From Camelus ferus (lineage: Eukaryota): 64,000 nt of DNA. The translations under genes and the position numbers were made by a program. Each line of letters starts with the position of its first letter. The first letter of the stretch is position 1. This document shows, piece by piece, positions 37,815 through 48,926 of this stretch. Below the pieces are notes generated by a model that made no database searches, was not told where the DNA came from, and saw nothing but the letters and a program-made list of their open reading frames with translations. The stretch is from the NCBI RefSeq assembly GCF_009834535.1, contig NC_045697.1:83950001-84014000 (forward strand). The letters are read 5' to 3'.

Positions 37815-38015
37815 TTTTAAAAATTGAGATGTAGTTGATGAACAATATTATATAAGTTTTGGGTGTACAACCCAGAGAATCACAATTTTCAAAGGTTATA
37901 TTCCATTTACAGTTATAAAATATTGATTCTATCTTGTGTTGAACTATACATCCTTGTAGTTTATGTATTTTATACATAGTAGTTTGTACCTCTTAATCCC
38001 CTACTCCTGTCTTGC
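37815..38015 (-). mobile_element. L1 3'-end fragment (older subfamily)
   Basis: aattgagatgtagttgatgaacaatattatataagttttgggtgtacaac and tatacatagtagtttgtacctcttaatcccctac. Confidence 0.75.
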
Positions 38016-38019
38016 TAGG

Positions 38020-38612
38020 TCCCAGGAAAACAAAGATCAATTAGATACAGACTCTGCATCCAAAATGTACAGTCCAATAGGGGAGAGGGTCGTAGGTTTT
38101 CACGAGGCAGATGAGGAGAAGTGCAGTTGGAGCAGATGGAGCAATATCTGAAGTGGCAAGGAGGCATGGCATGGTGTGCATCTGAGGAACTACAAGCACC
38201 TCTGGGAATGGAGAACAGAGCTGGAAGTGAACTGAGAGGTAGGCAGATTAGGAAGGCCTCTGTAAACCCTGATACAGAACTTGGGTTTCGTCCTGTCAGT
38301 GTGTGATAGAGAGCTTTCAAAGCATTAGCAAGAGTGCAATTTATTCACCTAAACCTTGAGCCCTTCAGGAGAGGAAAAAAATCTGTTGCTGTTTTTAGAC
38401 ATATTTGGAGCGGCTGAGAAGCTGTTGCGACCATTGGATATGTTGAGGATGTGAATCACCTGCAGTGGGCTGAGAATAGGATGTGGTTAAAAATTGCTTG
38501 GGTGATGCAGTGGAAAGGTTTGGATGATCAGCTGGGGAGGGGCAGGGGAAAGAATAATAAGGGTGACTAAAGGTCTGTTTCTTCTGCCTTGATTAAACGG
38601 TGCTGGCGCCTA
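38020..38612 (-). mobile_element. L2 LINE fragment
   Basis: gagaggtaggcagattaggaaggcctctgtaaaccctgatacagaacttgggttt is an antisense L2 phrase. Confidence 0.55.
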
Positions 38613-38630
38613 CTCAAAAGGGAATACAGG

Positions 38631-38736
38631 GGGAGGGGTATAGCTCAGTGGTAGAGTGCATGCTTAGCATGCACGAGGTCATGGGTTTGATCCTCTGTTA
38701 AATAAAATAATAATAAATAAATAAGCCTAATTACCC
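38631..38736 (+). mobile_element. tRNA-derived SINE (camelid Vic-1-like)
   Basis: gggaggggtatagctcagtggtagagtgcatgcttagcatgcacgaggtcatgggtttgatcc has a Pol III A box, a B-box-like element and a tRNA-Ala-like head. Followed by an AAT-rich linker and cctaattacccc. Perfect 18-bp direct repeat CTCAAAAGGGAATACAGG at 38613-38630 and 38737-38754. Confidence 0.92.
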
Positions 38737-39479
38737 CTCAAAAGGGAATACAGGACACCCTGGAGCTTTGCACTGCAAACCTGTACAATGACATGCAGCA
38801 GCCCTGCGACTTAGGCTGCAGTTTGGTCTCTGAACTTTCTAGCAGGCAAACTACAGAGAAAAATAGTTACAAGAGCCACATTAGTCAAAGGTGAAATAAA
38901 ACAAAAACTGTAAAAATGCTGTAAGTTATAAAAGGTAATACATATAAATTGTTACTATTATAGTCAAATACACTTTTCACTAGAGGAGCCAGAGTGCTGT
39001 CTTTCGGCTCTCCTAAGTCTGCCAGCGGTGCACGGGCAGTCTGCGTCCCCACAGCTTCTGTCCGTGACACGTGAAGATGTGCTCCCCGTACTGGGTCCGC
39101 ATCAGCAAGTGGACGCTGAAGCAGCACAGACTCACCCTCTGTCAGCCCTGCCCTGACGGAGACTGACACCTCTTTCTTAGAAGCGTACTTAGGGGGACAC
39201 CATTGGCCCTCCATCTGTTTCACTCTCTGGAGTCTTCTCCTTCTTTACCCTTCGGCAAAAACCGAAACCTCCTCTTAATCCTGTCTCACTCGTTTGTCCA
39301 ACATGCACAGCCTTGCTTGGACCCTAGCAGGTGCTGGGCAGAAGAGCAAGGTGGAATTTCTGCCACAGATATTTTCTGCATTAAAAAAAATCTGAAATTT
39401 GACATTATTCAGGTATTTATTCTTATTTTCCTAACTCATAGTGGCTGCTGGATTCTCTTTAATTTATACTATTGACAAG

Positions 39480-39670
39480 TCATAAAATGTTGGAATCAGA
39501 AAGGACCCCAAAGGTTACCTTGACCAATCCTTTCCTTTTACAGATGAGGAAATTGAGGCACCGAAAAGTTAAGTGAATTGATCAAAGCTATACAACCAGG
39601 TAGTGTCTGAGCAGAATCTAGACTAAAGGGCCCTGACTCTCAGACATGTTTTTCTCCCTTACCACACGGC
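39480..39670 (-). mobile_element. MIR SINE
   Basis: ttttacagatgaggaaattgaggcaccgaaaagttaagtgaattgatcaaagct is an antisense MIR core. Confidence 0.7.
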
Positions 39671-41424
39671 TTCCCAGAGCTTTCTTGAAATTGCACCAGA
39701 GAGAAGAAAGAGAGAGAGAAGGAGGGAGGGAAAGAGAGAGTCGTTTAAGTTTAAAAGCATTAGCCATCTCTGCTGGAAAAGCAGAATTGTCAAAAAACTA
39801 TCTTTTAAATTGTATGCATTCTAGTAGTATAGCTGCAAGATAGAACTGTATTATGCCCCCGTGAATGCAGAAACTTGTGTCTGCTTTGTGACAGGTACTG
39901 GTGACCACGCTGAAACACGGTTGCTTTTAATAACGTTATTGTAGAGCTTGTTTTTGCCTAAAAGTGACTGAGGAGTTACGATCATAACTACCTTTAGAAA
40001 ATGGTGGGTGTTTAATGCTCCGTAGATGGCTGACAGTTTGCAAAGGCTGTTGCTGCTCCTGACACCTAGAGTTGCTATTCGTTTTACCTACATATTCTAT
40101 AGATGTAATCTGAAATTTTGAAAAATTGAGCTGTGCTATCAACCTTGGGTAAAAAAGCATCCTACTTATATGTGCTGTACTGGTATTATATAGAAATTGG
40201 TCAGGAAACTATAGTGATCTAGAAATATTAAATGCCTCCCCCATTTTTACTTTTATAATGCTCTGTGTTAAATATGTACATAGGTTGATTACAGAAAAGA
40301 ATTAAGTATTCTCTTGTTGAAAAAAAGCATTTGTGTTTGGACCTCATCTGGGAGGAGGAGGGCATGTGCAGGGTGCTCAGGATCTGCAGAAGCCAGGCTT
40401 CCCGGCTCCCATGACAGGAGGTTTGCTAGGCAACCAGAGTGCGCTTTCAAACAAGCCTAGATATTCCTGCCTGGCCTGCCGCCATCCCGCAAGAAGGCAA
40501 GTAGGCGCAGTAAATTAGGACTGGACTGTAATCGCTGACATGTTACCCTTTAAGAAGTTTTGATATTTTATGGCAAGAGGTTTGTTTGTGCAGAACTAAT
40601 CAGTCCATGTAGGGGTTTATTAGCTAATTGGTCAGGATCACAACTTATAAAAAGCATTTGGAAAACAGTCATCTGTGATTACAGCATAGGGAAAAAGCCT
40701 TGTGATGAAGTCAGAAGTGTTGATCGTTGAGAAAGCTTGCCAGCCTGCATATAAATTTGTGTGGGAAGGAATACATTTAAGATATGTCCTTCTATAGTAA
40801 ACTAAAAAAAGTTTCTCAAGCAAGAAAAAACCAGATGGCATAGGTCTTATTAGGTTGTAACTGATACTTTGAGACTTGAAAATCCAGACTAGTTCCAACA
40901 ACATCCAAATGTGTGCAGTGACATTTCTTTAGAAAGATTAGACATTACTCAAAAAGTTTTAGGTCATCCCCACACAGATGCAAAAGGATGTTCTTTCTTT
41001 AACCTTCTTTTATTTGTCCATTTATTTTATAATTGTCTGGTGAAGAAGATTAGCTATTTATTAGAGTGAACCAGTAGTCAGTCTATGAAACCTAGTCACT
41101 CTGGGATACTGTGAGGTAAAGTTTGACTACGTTGTATTTTTACATTTATATACTTATGTATAAATATATACATAGTAAAGTGTTGAAAACCCTGCATAAT
41201 GAACTATTTCTTATTCACGAAGGAAGCTGCATTCCACAGCAATATGCTCTTGTCCTGCATTGTACTTGCCTGATTATAGCACTTTTAATGTTGTAATAAA
41301 CACACTTGTTTAATTAACAGTTTTTCATAGAACATTGTAAGCTCTGAGGAAGGAATCGTGTCTAACTGACTGACTGACTGTTTCTTTGCCAGCACTTAGG
41401 AGAGATCCTCGGTCCCTGGCCATA

Positions 41425-41570
41425 TAAAGAAAAAGTGAAAGGAAGAGATGAAGAGAAAGAGACAGGAAAGAAGGAAGGGATGAAGAATAGAATGAGAAAA
41501 GAAAGGGAAAGGGGAGGGTGGCGAGGAAGAGAAAGGAGAGAGGGAGAAAAAGGAGAGAGAAGCAAAAAAT
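41425..41570. repeat. GA-rich low-complexity polypurine tract
   Basis: About 145 nt, almost entirely A/G on the + strand. Confidence 0.8.
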
Positions 41571-41579
41571 AAAGCCGGT

Positions 41580-41850
41580 TGATTAAGTTCTGGGGATGTA
41601 ATGTACCATGTGGTGACTAGAGCCAACAATACTGTGTCATTTATTTGAAAGTAGCCACAAGAGTAGATCTTCGAAGTTCTCATCACAAGAAAAATAAATT
41701 TGTAACTTTGTGAGGCAATGAATATTAACTAAACTTATTGTAGTGATTGTTTCCCAATACATACATGTATCAAATCATCATGCTATACACCTAAAACCAA
41801 TACAATGTTATATGTCAATTATATCTCAACAAAACTGGAAGAAAAAAGAA
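41580..41850 (+). mobile_element. L1 3'-end fragment (L1MA9-like)
   Basis: aagagtagatcttcgaagttctcatcacaagaaaaa; tatacacctaaaaccaatacaatgttatatgtcaattatatctcaacaaaactggaagaaaaaa. Confidence 0.8.
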
Positions 41851-44800
41851 TAGATGCATATAGGGAAAAAAAGCTAGTTCAATGCTGTTTTTTATTTGCC
41901 ATAAAAATATGAATTGGCCAATTCTTTGGGCTTTTTTAAAACTTAGATTAATGTTTTCAGATTTGCTGAGTCATTTATGTCTCTAAATTTGTATCAACAT
42001 AAAGAATTTAGAATGTCCTTTTAGAAAATCAAATAGCCTCTCAAAGCTTTAAAATCAAGGGATTTCTAATCTTTTTTTGGATAATAATGTAGGAGAAAAT
42101 ATACTTGATTTATATTTTCCCCATAGTGAAGAGCTGGCTTTTAATTTTTAATAGAAAAATTTATACCACATTTCTTCTTCAATTGAATCTTACCCCTCAT
42201 TTTAGCCAAAAGATTTCTTCAAATCCTCATTTTGTGTATGTACAGAGTCCTTCAATTATCTCCCAAGAGTCTACAAAATTGAAATAATTTTTCATTAAGT
42301 TAACTATGATGGAAAGTACATGTACACTTTTAAAATAAAAATATATAGTGATTATCATAACCCATAGATTGATCTGGCTTAAGTCAGATTACATTAGAAA
42401 CCTCAGTCAACTGATTTATCATGGATGCATGTATTTTGTTTCTGTATTTATTTTCTCCATTCTGCTTATAGAAGAAAAAGGTAAAGGACTAAGAAAATAA
42501 ACGTATGGTATTAACTTAGTAAACAAAAATTACATCCTCAATACTATATTGTTAGAATGGATATTTATGATGATAATCCTTTAGACTAACATTCATAATA
42601 GTGACTCTGTAGGATTGTAACTAAGAATTTACAAAGAACCCGTTACATGTGTAACATTGTATTAGGCACTCAAGCAGAGACAATAAAAATGGGACATATA
42701 TGTGTTAACAATAATTAAACATTTATAAAGCATTTATCATGTACCAGGTATAAGCCTTATCTACACTGACTCATTTCATCCACACCAAAGTCCTATGAGG
42801 AAGATAATATGCTTTACCCCCATTTTACATGTCTAGAAATTAATCGACAAAGCAAGTAACTTGGAAAATATCACATAGCTAGAGTTTTAACATAAATTTG
42901 ATCCTGAGCTTTTCACCAGTCGTTCTAGTCGTCATGTTTTAGTGCTTTCTTCCATCTTCCCCATTGTTTCCTTCCCACCCCACTCAAACTGTGCTGTGCA
43001 TACTTCTGTTAGAGCATTTATGTCTTATACGGGAATCACTGGCAGCTTTAAAAAAAAAAAAAAACTTGGCCTGTCTTATTAGAACATAAGCTCCTTGAAG
43101 TCATGGGACAGGACTTTTCCATAGTTATAGCACAATGCCTGTCATCTGGTAGGAATTCAGTAAATATTTATGGAATAAACGAGTGGTTGTATCTGGGCTT
43201 ATTACTGTGTTAGACTATGACTACCTTGAGGATAGGGAAGTATGTGACATATGAATTCTTTATCCCTGGTGGTGATTTAAAAATGAATATTTTCTGAGTT
43301 GGATTAAGAGTTAAAATGAGTGCTATATTCAATAAGCATTTCATTATTACAAAGAATGTTAAAATATATCTATTATGTCATGTTAACTAAGGCATGAGAA
43401 TACTATCAGCCCTTTGCAGATGTTCAAAAGGATATAATAATACCATATAGTTTGTTAGATTATTATAGTAAATCTGAGAAATTAGGAAATCATAAGTAAG
43501 GAAATTGACATCAAAAAGTTTGTGACTTGTCCAAATTCACAAAGCTTTCAGTAGCAGTAGGAGAGTAGTGAGAACACGGGTCTTCTGACTACTAGTTTGG
43601 GTCCTTGCTATGATATTAAATTATGACTGTGTAGCTGACATTTCAGTTTACGAGAACACTTAACTCCCCAAGTATCTAGGGCCGCTGGGTTATTCTTGTT
43701 TTTGGTATTTATTGAACACTACAAAATGGTAGGCTCCTTTGTGAAAAATTTTATTCATCTGTGCCATACTCTGAGAAGCTTGACTCCCCCTAGAAGAAAA
43801 AAAAAAGCAATCTTATATTGAAATGAATTGATATCACTTCTTTTCTCTGTAATCCAAATTGCATGAAGAATCCAGCTCTGCTGCATAGATCAAAATTAGC
43901 TGGGAATGAGTGAGGCACAGCAAATTATGTGAGCAATTCAGTGGCATCCTAGGTTCTCAGAAACCAGCTTGACACCCAGTCCATTTCTACCCCGCTGTAT
44001 GCAGTGAATCTCTTTCCATTCCCTTGGCTCATTGAATCAAGAGCTCTTTGATTGGGATTGCCTACAAATGCCTCAGATTTTTATGGAATGCCTACTGTAG
44101 GGCCAACCTTACACATAATTTAAAAATCGGAAAATATTTGTTTATTTCCTGGGTGAAAACTCCTTCCTTCATTAGTCATTAATTTGAATTTGACAAATTA
44201 CATGTTTTTTTTTTCTTCTTCTGAATTGAACACTTCTCACTCTTTAAAATGCCAACATATTTTTAAGCTGTTCTGTTTCTATTACCATTTTGGAAGGTGT
44301 GAATCTAGCACGGTGACACATAAGCAGTGTGCCAGCTGCTATAAACTGTTTGATTTCGTGGCTGTCCACAACTTTGTAATCTCTATCCTCAGCAGGTGTC
44401 TTTTTTTCTGACCAACATGGTATAGTTTCCAAGCAGAATTCTGATAATATGCTTTCATCGATTTATAAGAGTTTTCACTTCACAGAGCCCATGATGTTCA
44501 AAAATAGATGAAAGCGTTTTCGTTGCCCTACCTGTATTCCCAGATAGAGGAAGCGTTGACCCCACAAGGAATAAGGCAGCACTTACTGTGGAATTCAAAA
44601 GAAGATTCTCGTTTAGGAAAAGAAGTGCTCTGAAAAGCCTTCTGTTTCTGCCTTCAGAAATACAGCAGAGTTCTGAGCTTGAATCTGACTGGTTATTGTT
44701 GATAAAATAAGATATTTTATCTTATGAACGCAAGCATCTTGAAGTAATTCGTCTTCTGCTAGTTATAAAATTTAAACTTTAGCCAACAAATAGCTAGATT

Positions 44801-46309
44801 TCATGCACCAGCAGTATTCAACTACTTTATCCTGGCGAACTAAGACAACCTTCATGGGAACTGGGCCCAGATCCTATTTAGGGTTAGTGCTTGCCATAAA
44901 ATGGTATTTTCTGTGTCAACATGAAGTTGAAATGTAAGAACCCCTGTGTAAGAATTTGCTTTCTGCAGTTGAAAACCTGAAATGTTAAGTAACCACTGTT
45001 AATGAGAATGAGAGGCGCTTGGTAGTTCATTGGCATCATCATTGGAACAAGTACCCATCTTTCTGGAGTGTCCCTTACAGATTTTTTAAAGACCCTATTG
45101 TGTGGTCTCTGCAACATTTCTCACATCTCTGTATTTGGCTGTAGGAGTCTTGTCCATGAGGAGTGATGTATAATATGCTCCATCCTGAAAATCCTGCAAC
45201 TTTATTTTTAAACCAGCACTTGCTAAAATTCATTTTTCTAAAAGGAACACTGAGTAAAAGGGCATAAAAATAATTTTCAAAGGAAGGAGACAAGTGAAAA
45301 CATTGAAAAAGAAAGTAAGTTTAGGATTTTTTGGCATTCTTTGAATCCAAACTCAAAGGAAAGCTTATCTTCCTTTACCAATATGGTAGCAAAACAATGT
45401 TTATTATAGGTTTCTGGAGTTGGAATGTATCAAGCTCAATAAAAGAGGAACAGGTAGAACCTTTAAGCAGGGCAGTGCATCCTGGACTTTTAATTATGAT
45501 GCCACACATAGGAAATGAAAATATTTCTATTGCATTTGGGGTGAACAGATAAGGCTGCTCCTGGCCAGGGGCTACTGATCTGGGGTCTTGATCTGTCTGG
45601 GGCCCTGCCCAACTTCCCTGAGGACTGAAGGAAAAAATCAGTATCTCAACACAATAATGGGCCACAAACCAGGAGCTGGGAGACAGGGTTGATGCTAATA
45701 GTTGGCTGTGGTTTTCACTTTTCCTTTTGGATATAGTCACAGATAAGGAAAGAATGGTAAAATTTGAACCCCTTTGAGGATGATCTGCTGATGGGAACTA
45801 AAAACCAAATTCTATAGGATCAAAATATGAAAGATTGGAAAACAGCATGCGAAATAGTTTATGGTTCTTATAGTTCTAAGTGTTGAGAAGTTACCAAAAC
45901 TTTAAGCAAATTGAAAAATTATTTAAGCATTTAATATCACCAAGTCACAAGGCTCTGCAACATGCCCAAATTGATTGTAACTTTTTTTCATTGACAGTAG
46001 CCCTGCAAGGAGGAAGAAGGATTAAGTTTATGCAAGTAGGATGAAAAGTTTTCTGTAAAACTGCTTTAGATCTGTTTGAAATCCTTAGTAAATTTTTAGT
46101 TGAAGTGTTGGTTAACATGGTTTGTTCTGAGAGAGATACTGATGGTTACAGAAGCCAGATTTTGACATAAATTGAGTTTATATGACTCAGAGATTAGTAT
46201 TAAAAAATCTCTTGATGGCTAAGTGGACCCCTGGATACAAAGTACAGCTGGTGTCTTTTTCACTTTCTTTCTGAGAATGGATGACTTTACACATACTTGG
46301 ATGAAAAAC

Positions 46310-46820
46310 AAAGTTAGGAGTCATTTGTTTGCCTGTGTAGAAAACACACTCAAACTGCTTAAGCCAAAAAGAAACTATTGGCTCACGTAACTGTGAAGTC
46401 CACTGGGAGAAACAGCTTTAGGCATGGCTTGATCGGCTGGTGTCCACGACTCCACCAAATCCAGGTCTTTCTCTCTTCAGTTCTTTGCTTGGTTTGTTAA
46501 CTTCTTTCTAGGCAATGTCTCCCCTTGTGGTCCTAAGATGACTCCCAGTTATTGCAGAGGCAACATGCTTCCCTATCTATAGCTGATGGGAATAAAGCAT
46601 ATTTGTCCTAAGAATTCCCAACAAATCATACTGGATTAAGGCACATGCTCACCCCGACCCAGTCACTGGGCAGAGAAATGGAATGCGCGGTTACTTAGTG
46701 GAGCTTCAGATCCCTTGTTCGCAATCCCCAGTGTGATGCCAGTGAACTACCCAAACCACCAAAGAGAAATTTGTGACTGTTGGAATGGTGAGAATGGAGG
46801 CTGAAGACATAACCAACTAC
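46310..46820 (-). mobile_element. MaLR LTR (MLT1J-like)
   Basis: agaaaacacactcaaactgcttaagccaaaaagaaactattggctcacgtaactgtgaagtcc and ttaggcatggcttgatc. Confidence 0.7.
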
Positions 46821-46949
46821 ATGGTAAATCTTAGAAATAGCAGACTTTAGAATCTATAGCCGGACTTTCTGAACTAGCTAAACAAACTGGTGAGCTCTAC
46901 AAAACAGTCTTCTAGTTTCCACAGGTACCACTTGTGACAGTGAGCCACC

Positions 46950-47310
46950 ATAGCCTGTGGGACTTTTTAACAGTTCTGTTGGGAAAGGCCTTCTTTATAT
47001 TGAGCATAAATTTCCTTCCTCTTGTCCTTCATCCATTGAAAGTTGTTTTACCTTTGTGGCCACAAAGAGAGAATTAAACTCTTCTACATTACAGGCCTCC
47101 TAATATATATTAAAATAGTTCTTACGCTCATCCTTTGTCTCTCTTTTCCAGGCTCAACATCTCCCATTCTCTTATCTGTTATTGATGTTGAAAGGTTTAA
47201 AACACCCTCACTCTTTTGGCTTCTCTTCTTTGTATGAATTCTGGCTAATCAATTCCACACTTAGACACACAGTTCCATATACTGACAATAGTGACTCCCA
47301 ATGTGGCCAT
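46950..47310 (-). mobile_element. L3/CR1 LINE fragment
   Basis: ttctttatattgagcataaatttccttcct and tctcttttccaggctcaacatctcccattctc. Confidence 0.5.
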
Positions 47311-47619
47311 TGGGAAGTGGTTTATTGTCATATGTAGAAAGATATTGAGGAAAGAAGACTAAATCTTGTAGAGAATAACTTTAATAGTCTGTAGAATCAG
47401 TCTCGGGATGGTCCTACAGCTGTTCCTTGGGGGTAGACAGCTTTCTTCCGCTTCTTTGTCTATCTCTCCCACCTAGAAACACTGAGGAAATTTAGTTACA
47501 CTTTCAACCTAATACCATTAACTAGTAACTGTTAAGTCTGTGGTCTCCTTTTCTTCTCCCTTTCATGAAAATGTGCACTGGTATCAACTCTGAAAAGGGC
47601 TGGTCCCCATCAGACACAG

Positions 47620-48200
47620 GAGAAGCAGGAAGAAGTTGAGGACTGATTTAAGGAAAGCCTCTGATACCTATCTGGAACTCCTTCCTCTTCAGCCAGCCCT
47701 CCACCAGATCTTGTAAATCTACTTCTACTTACACCTCCAGCACATTCTTTTTCTTCCAACTTCACTGCCACCACTAGTCCAAGCATCATCATCATCTCCT
47801 TATGGCTCCTGCAGTGATCTCCAAAATGCTCTCTTCCCATCCTCTGGTCAATTTTCCAAGGAGCAACCAGAGAACTTTCTACTGCAAATAGGATCATGCC
47901 TGTCTTTACTCAAAACTCTGATCGATTTTCACTGCACTCAGGATGGATACAAAATGCCTCACGTGGTTTGCAAGGCCTGCACATGTCCAACCCCATCTCC
48001 CCCCAATCTCCGGGTTACTCAGTACATTTCATGTATGTTCACTTTCGTTCAGTTTTGTCAGTGGAATAGCTCTTCTCTTCCTCGGGGCCTTTCTCTATGC
48101 TCCCTGTGCTACTTGGAGCTCTCACCATCTCTTTGCCTGGCTAGCTCCTACGAACCATTCCCTCTCAGCCCAAGGATCATTTACCCTCCATTCTTTCCTG
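47620..48200 (+). mobile_element. L2 LINE fragment
   Basis: cactgccaccactagtccaagcatcatcatcatctcc; gagcaaccagagaactttctactgcaaataggatcatg. Confidence 0.7.
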
Positions 48201-48279
48201 ATAGCCTGATTTTTGGACCCCATTTTATATTCTCTAAAAGCCTTCTCTTCTTTTCTTTCAGAGCACCTATATGTGTATA

Positions 48280-48630
48280 ATGGTTTACCCTTATTCACGG
48301 CTTTGCTTTCCTCAGTTTCCATTACCTGTAGTCAACCTCAGTCTGAAAATATTAAATTGAAAGTTCCAGAAATAAACTGTAAGTTTTAAATTGCACGCCA
48401 TTCTGAGTAGTGGAATGAAGTCTCCCGCCCTCCAGCTCAGGCTTCCCGCCTCCCATCCCTATTCCTGACCATTGACATCCTCTACTCCTGACATCCAGCC
48501 ATCAACATCGTCATGGCTCCATGATCCAGGATCACCTGAAGCAGATGATCCTCCTTCTGAGGTACCATCAGAAGGTCAGCAGTAGCCTGACACTGTGTCA
48601 CAATGCTTGCCTCATTTGCCTCACTTCATG
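48280..48630 (+). mobile_element. TcMar-Tigger DNA transposon fossil (MER44-like)
   Basis: cccttattcacggctttgctttcctcagtttccattacc; aagttttaaattgcacgccattctgagtag; atgatccaggatcacctgaagcagatgatcctccttctga. Confidence 0.75.
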
Positions 48631-48852
48631 TGTTTCTTGAATAATTCTAAAAAGTCTCTAGAAAAGTTACTGTTATAAAAGTTAGAACAGTACTTAAAAA
48701 ATGTGTTTTTTCACTGATAGCCTCACTATGATTCTCCCTAAAAGTGTCTTTTTTTAATTGTCAGATTTTCAGTGTAGCCATGGTAATACATAATTTAATC
48801 TCTGCTTCAGAAGTTGCCTTAAAATATATTGAGTTTTTAAAATCTGTACTGA

Positions 48853-48871
48853 ATATATATATGTGTGTGTG

Positions 48872-48914
<43 letters not shown>

Positions 48915-48926
48915 ATATATATATAC
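48853..48926. repeat. Compound alternating purine-pyrimidine microsatellite with internal palindrome
   Basis: (AT)5(GT)5(AT)4(AC)14 AT ACAC (AT)5 AC. Confidence 0.93.

Noticed and set aside
38631..38695. Apparent tRNA-Ala gene
   Set aside because: Lacks a proper acceptor stem and 3' end, and carries a SINE tail and TSD. It is a SINE.
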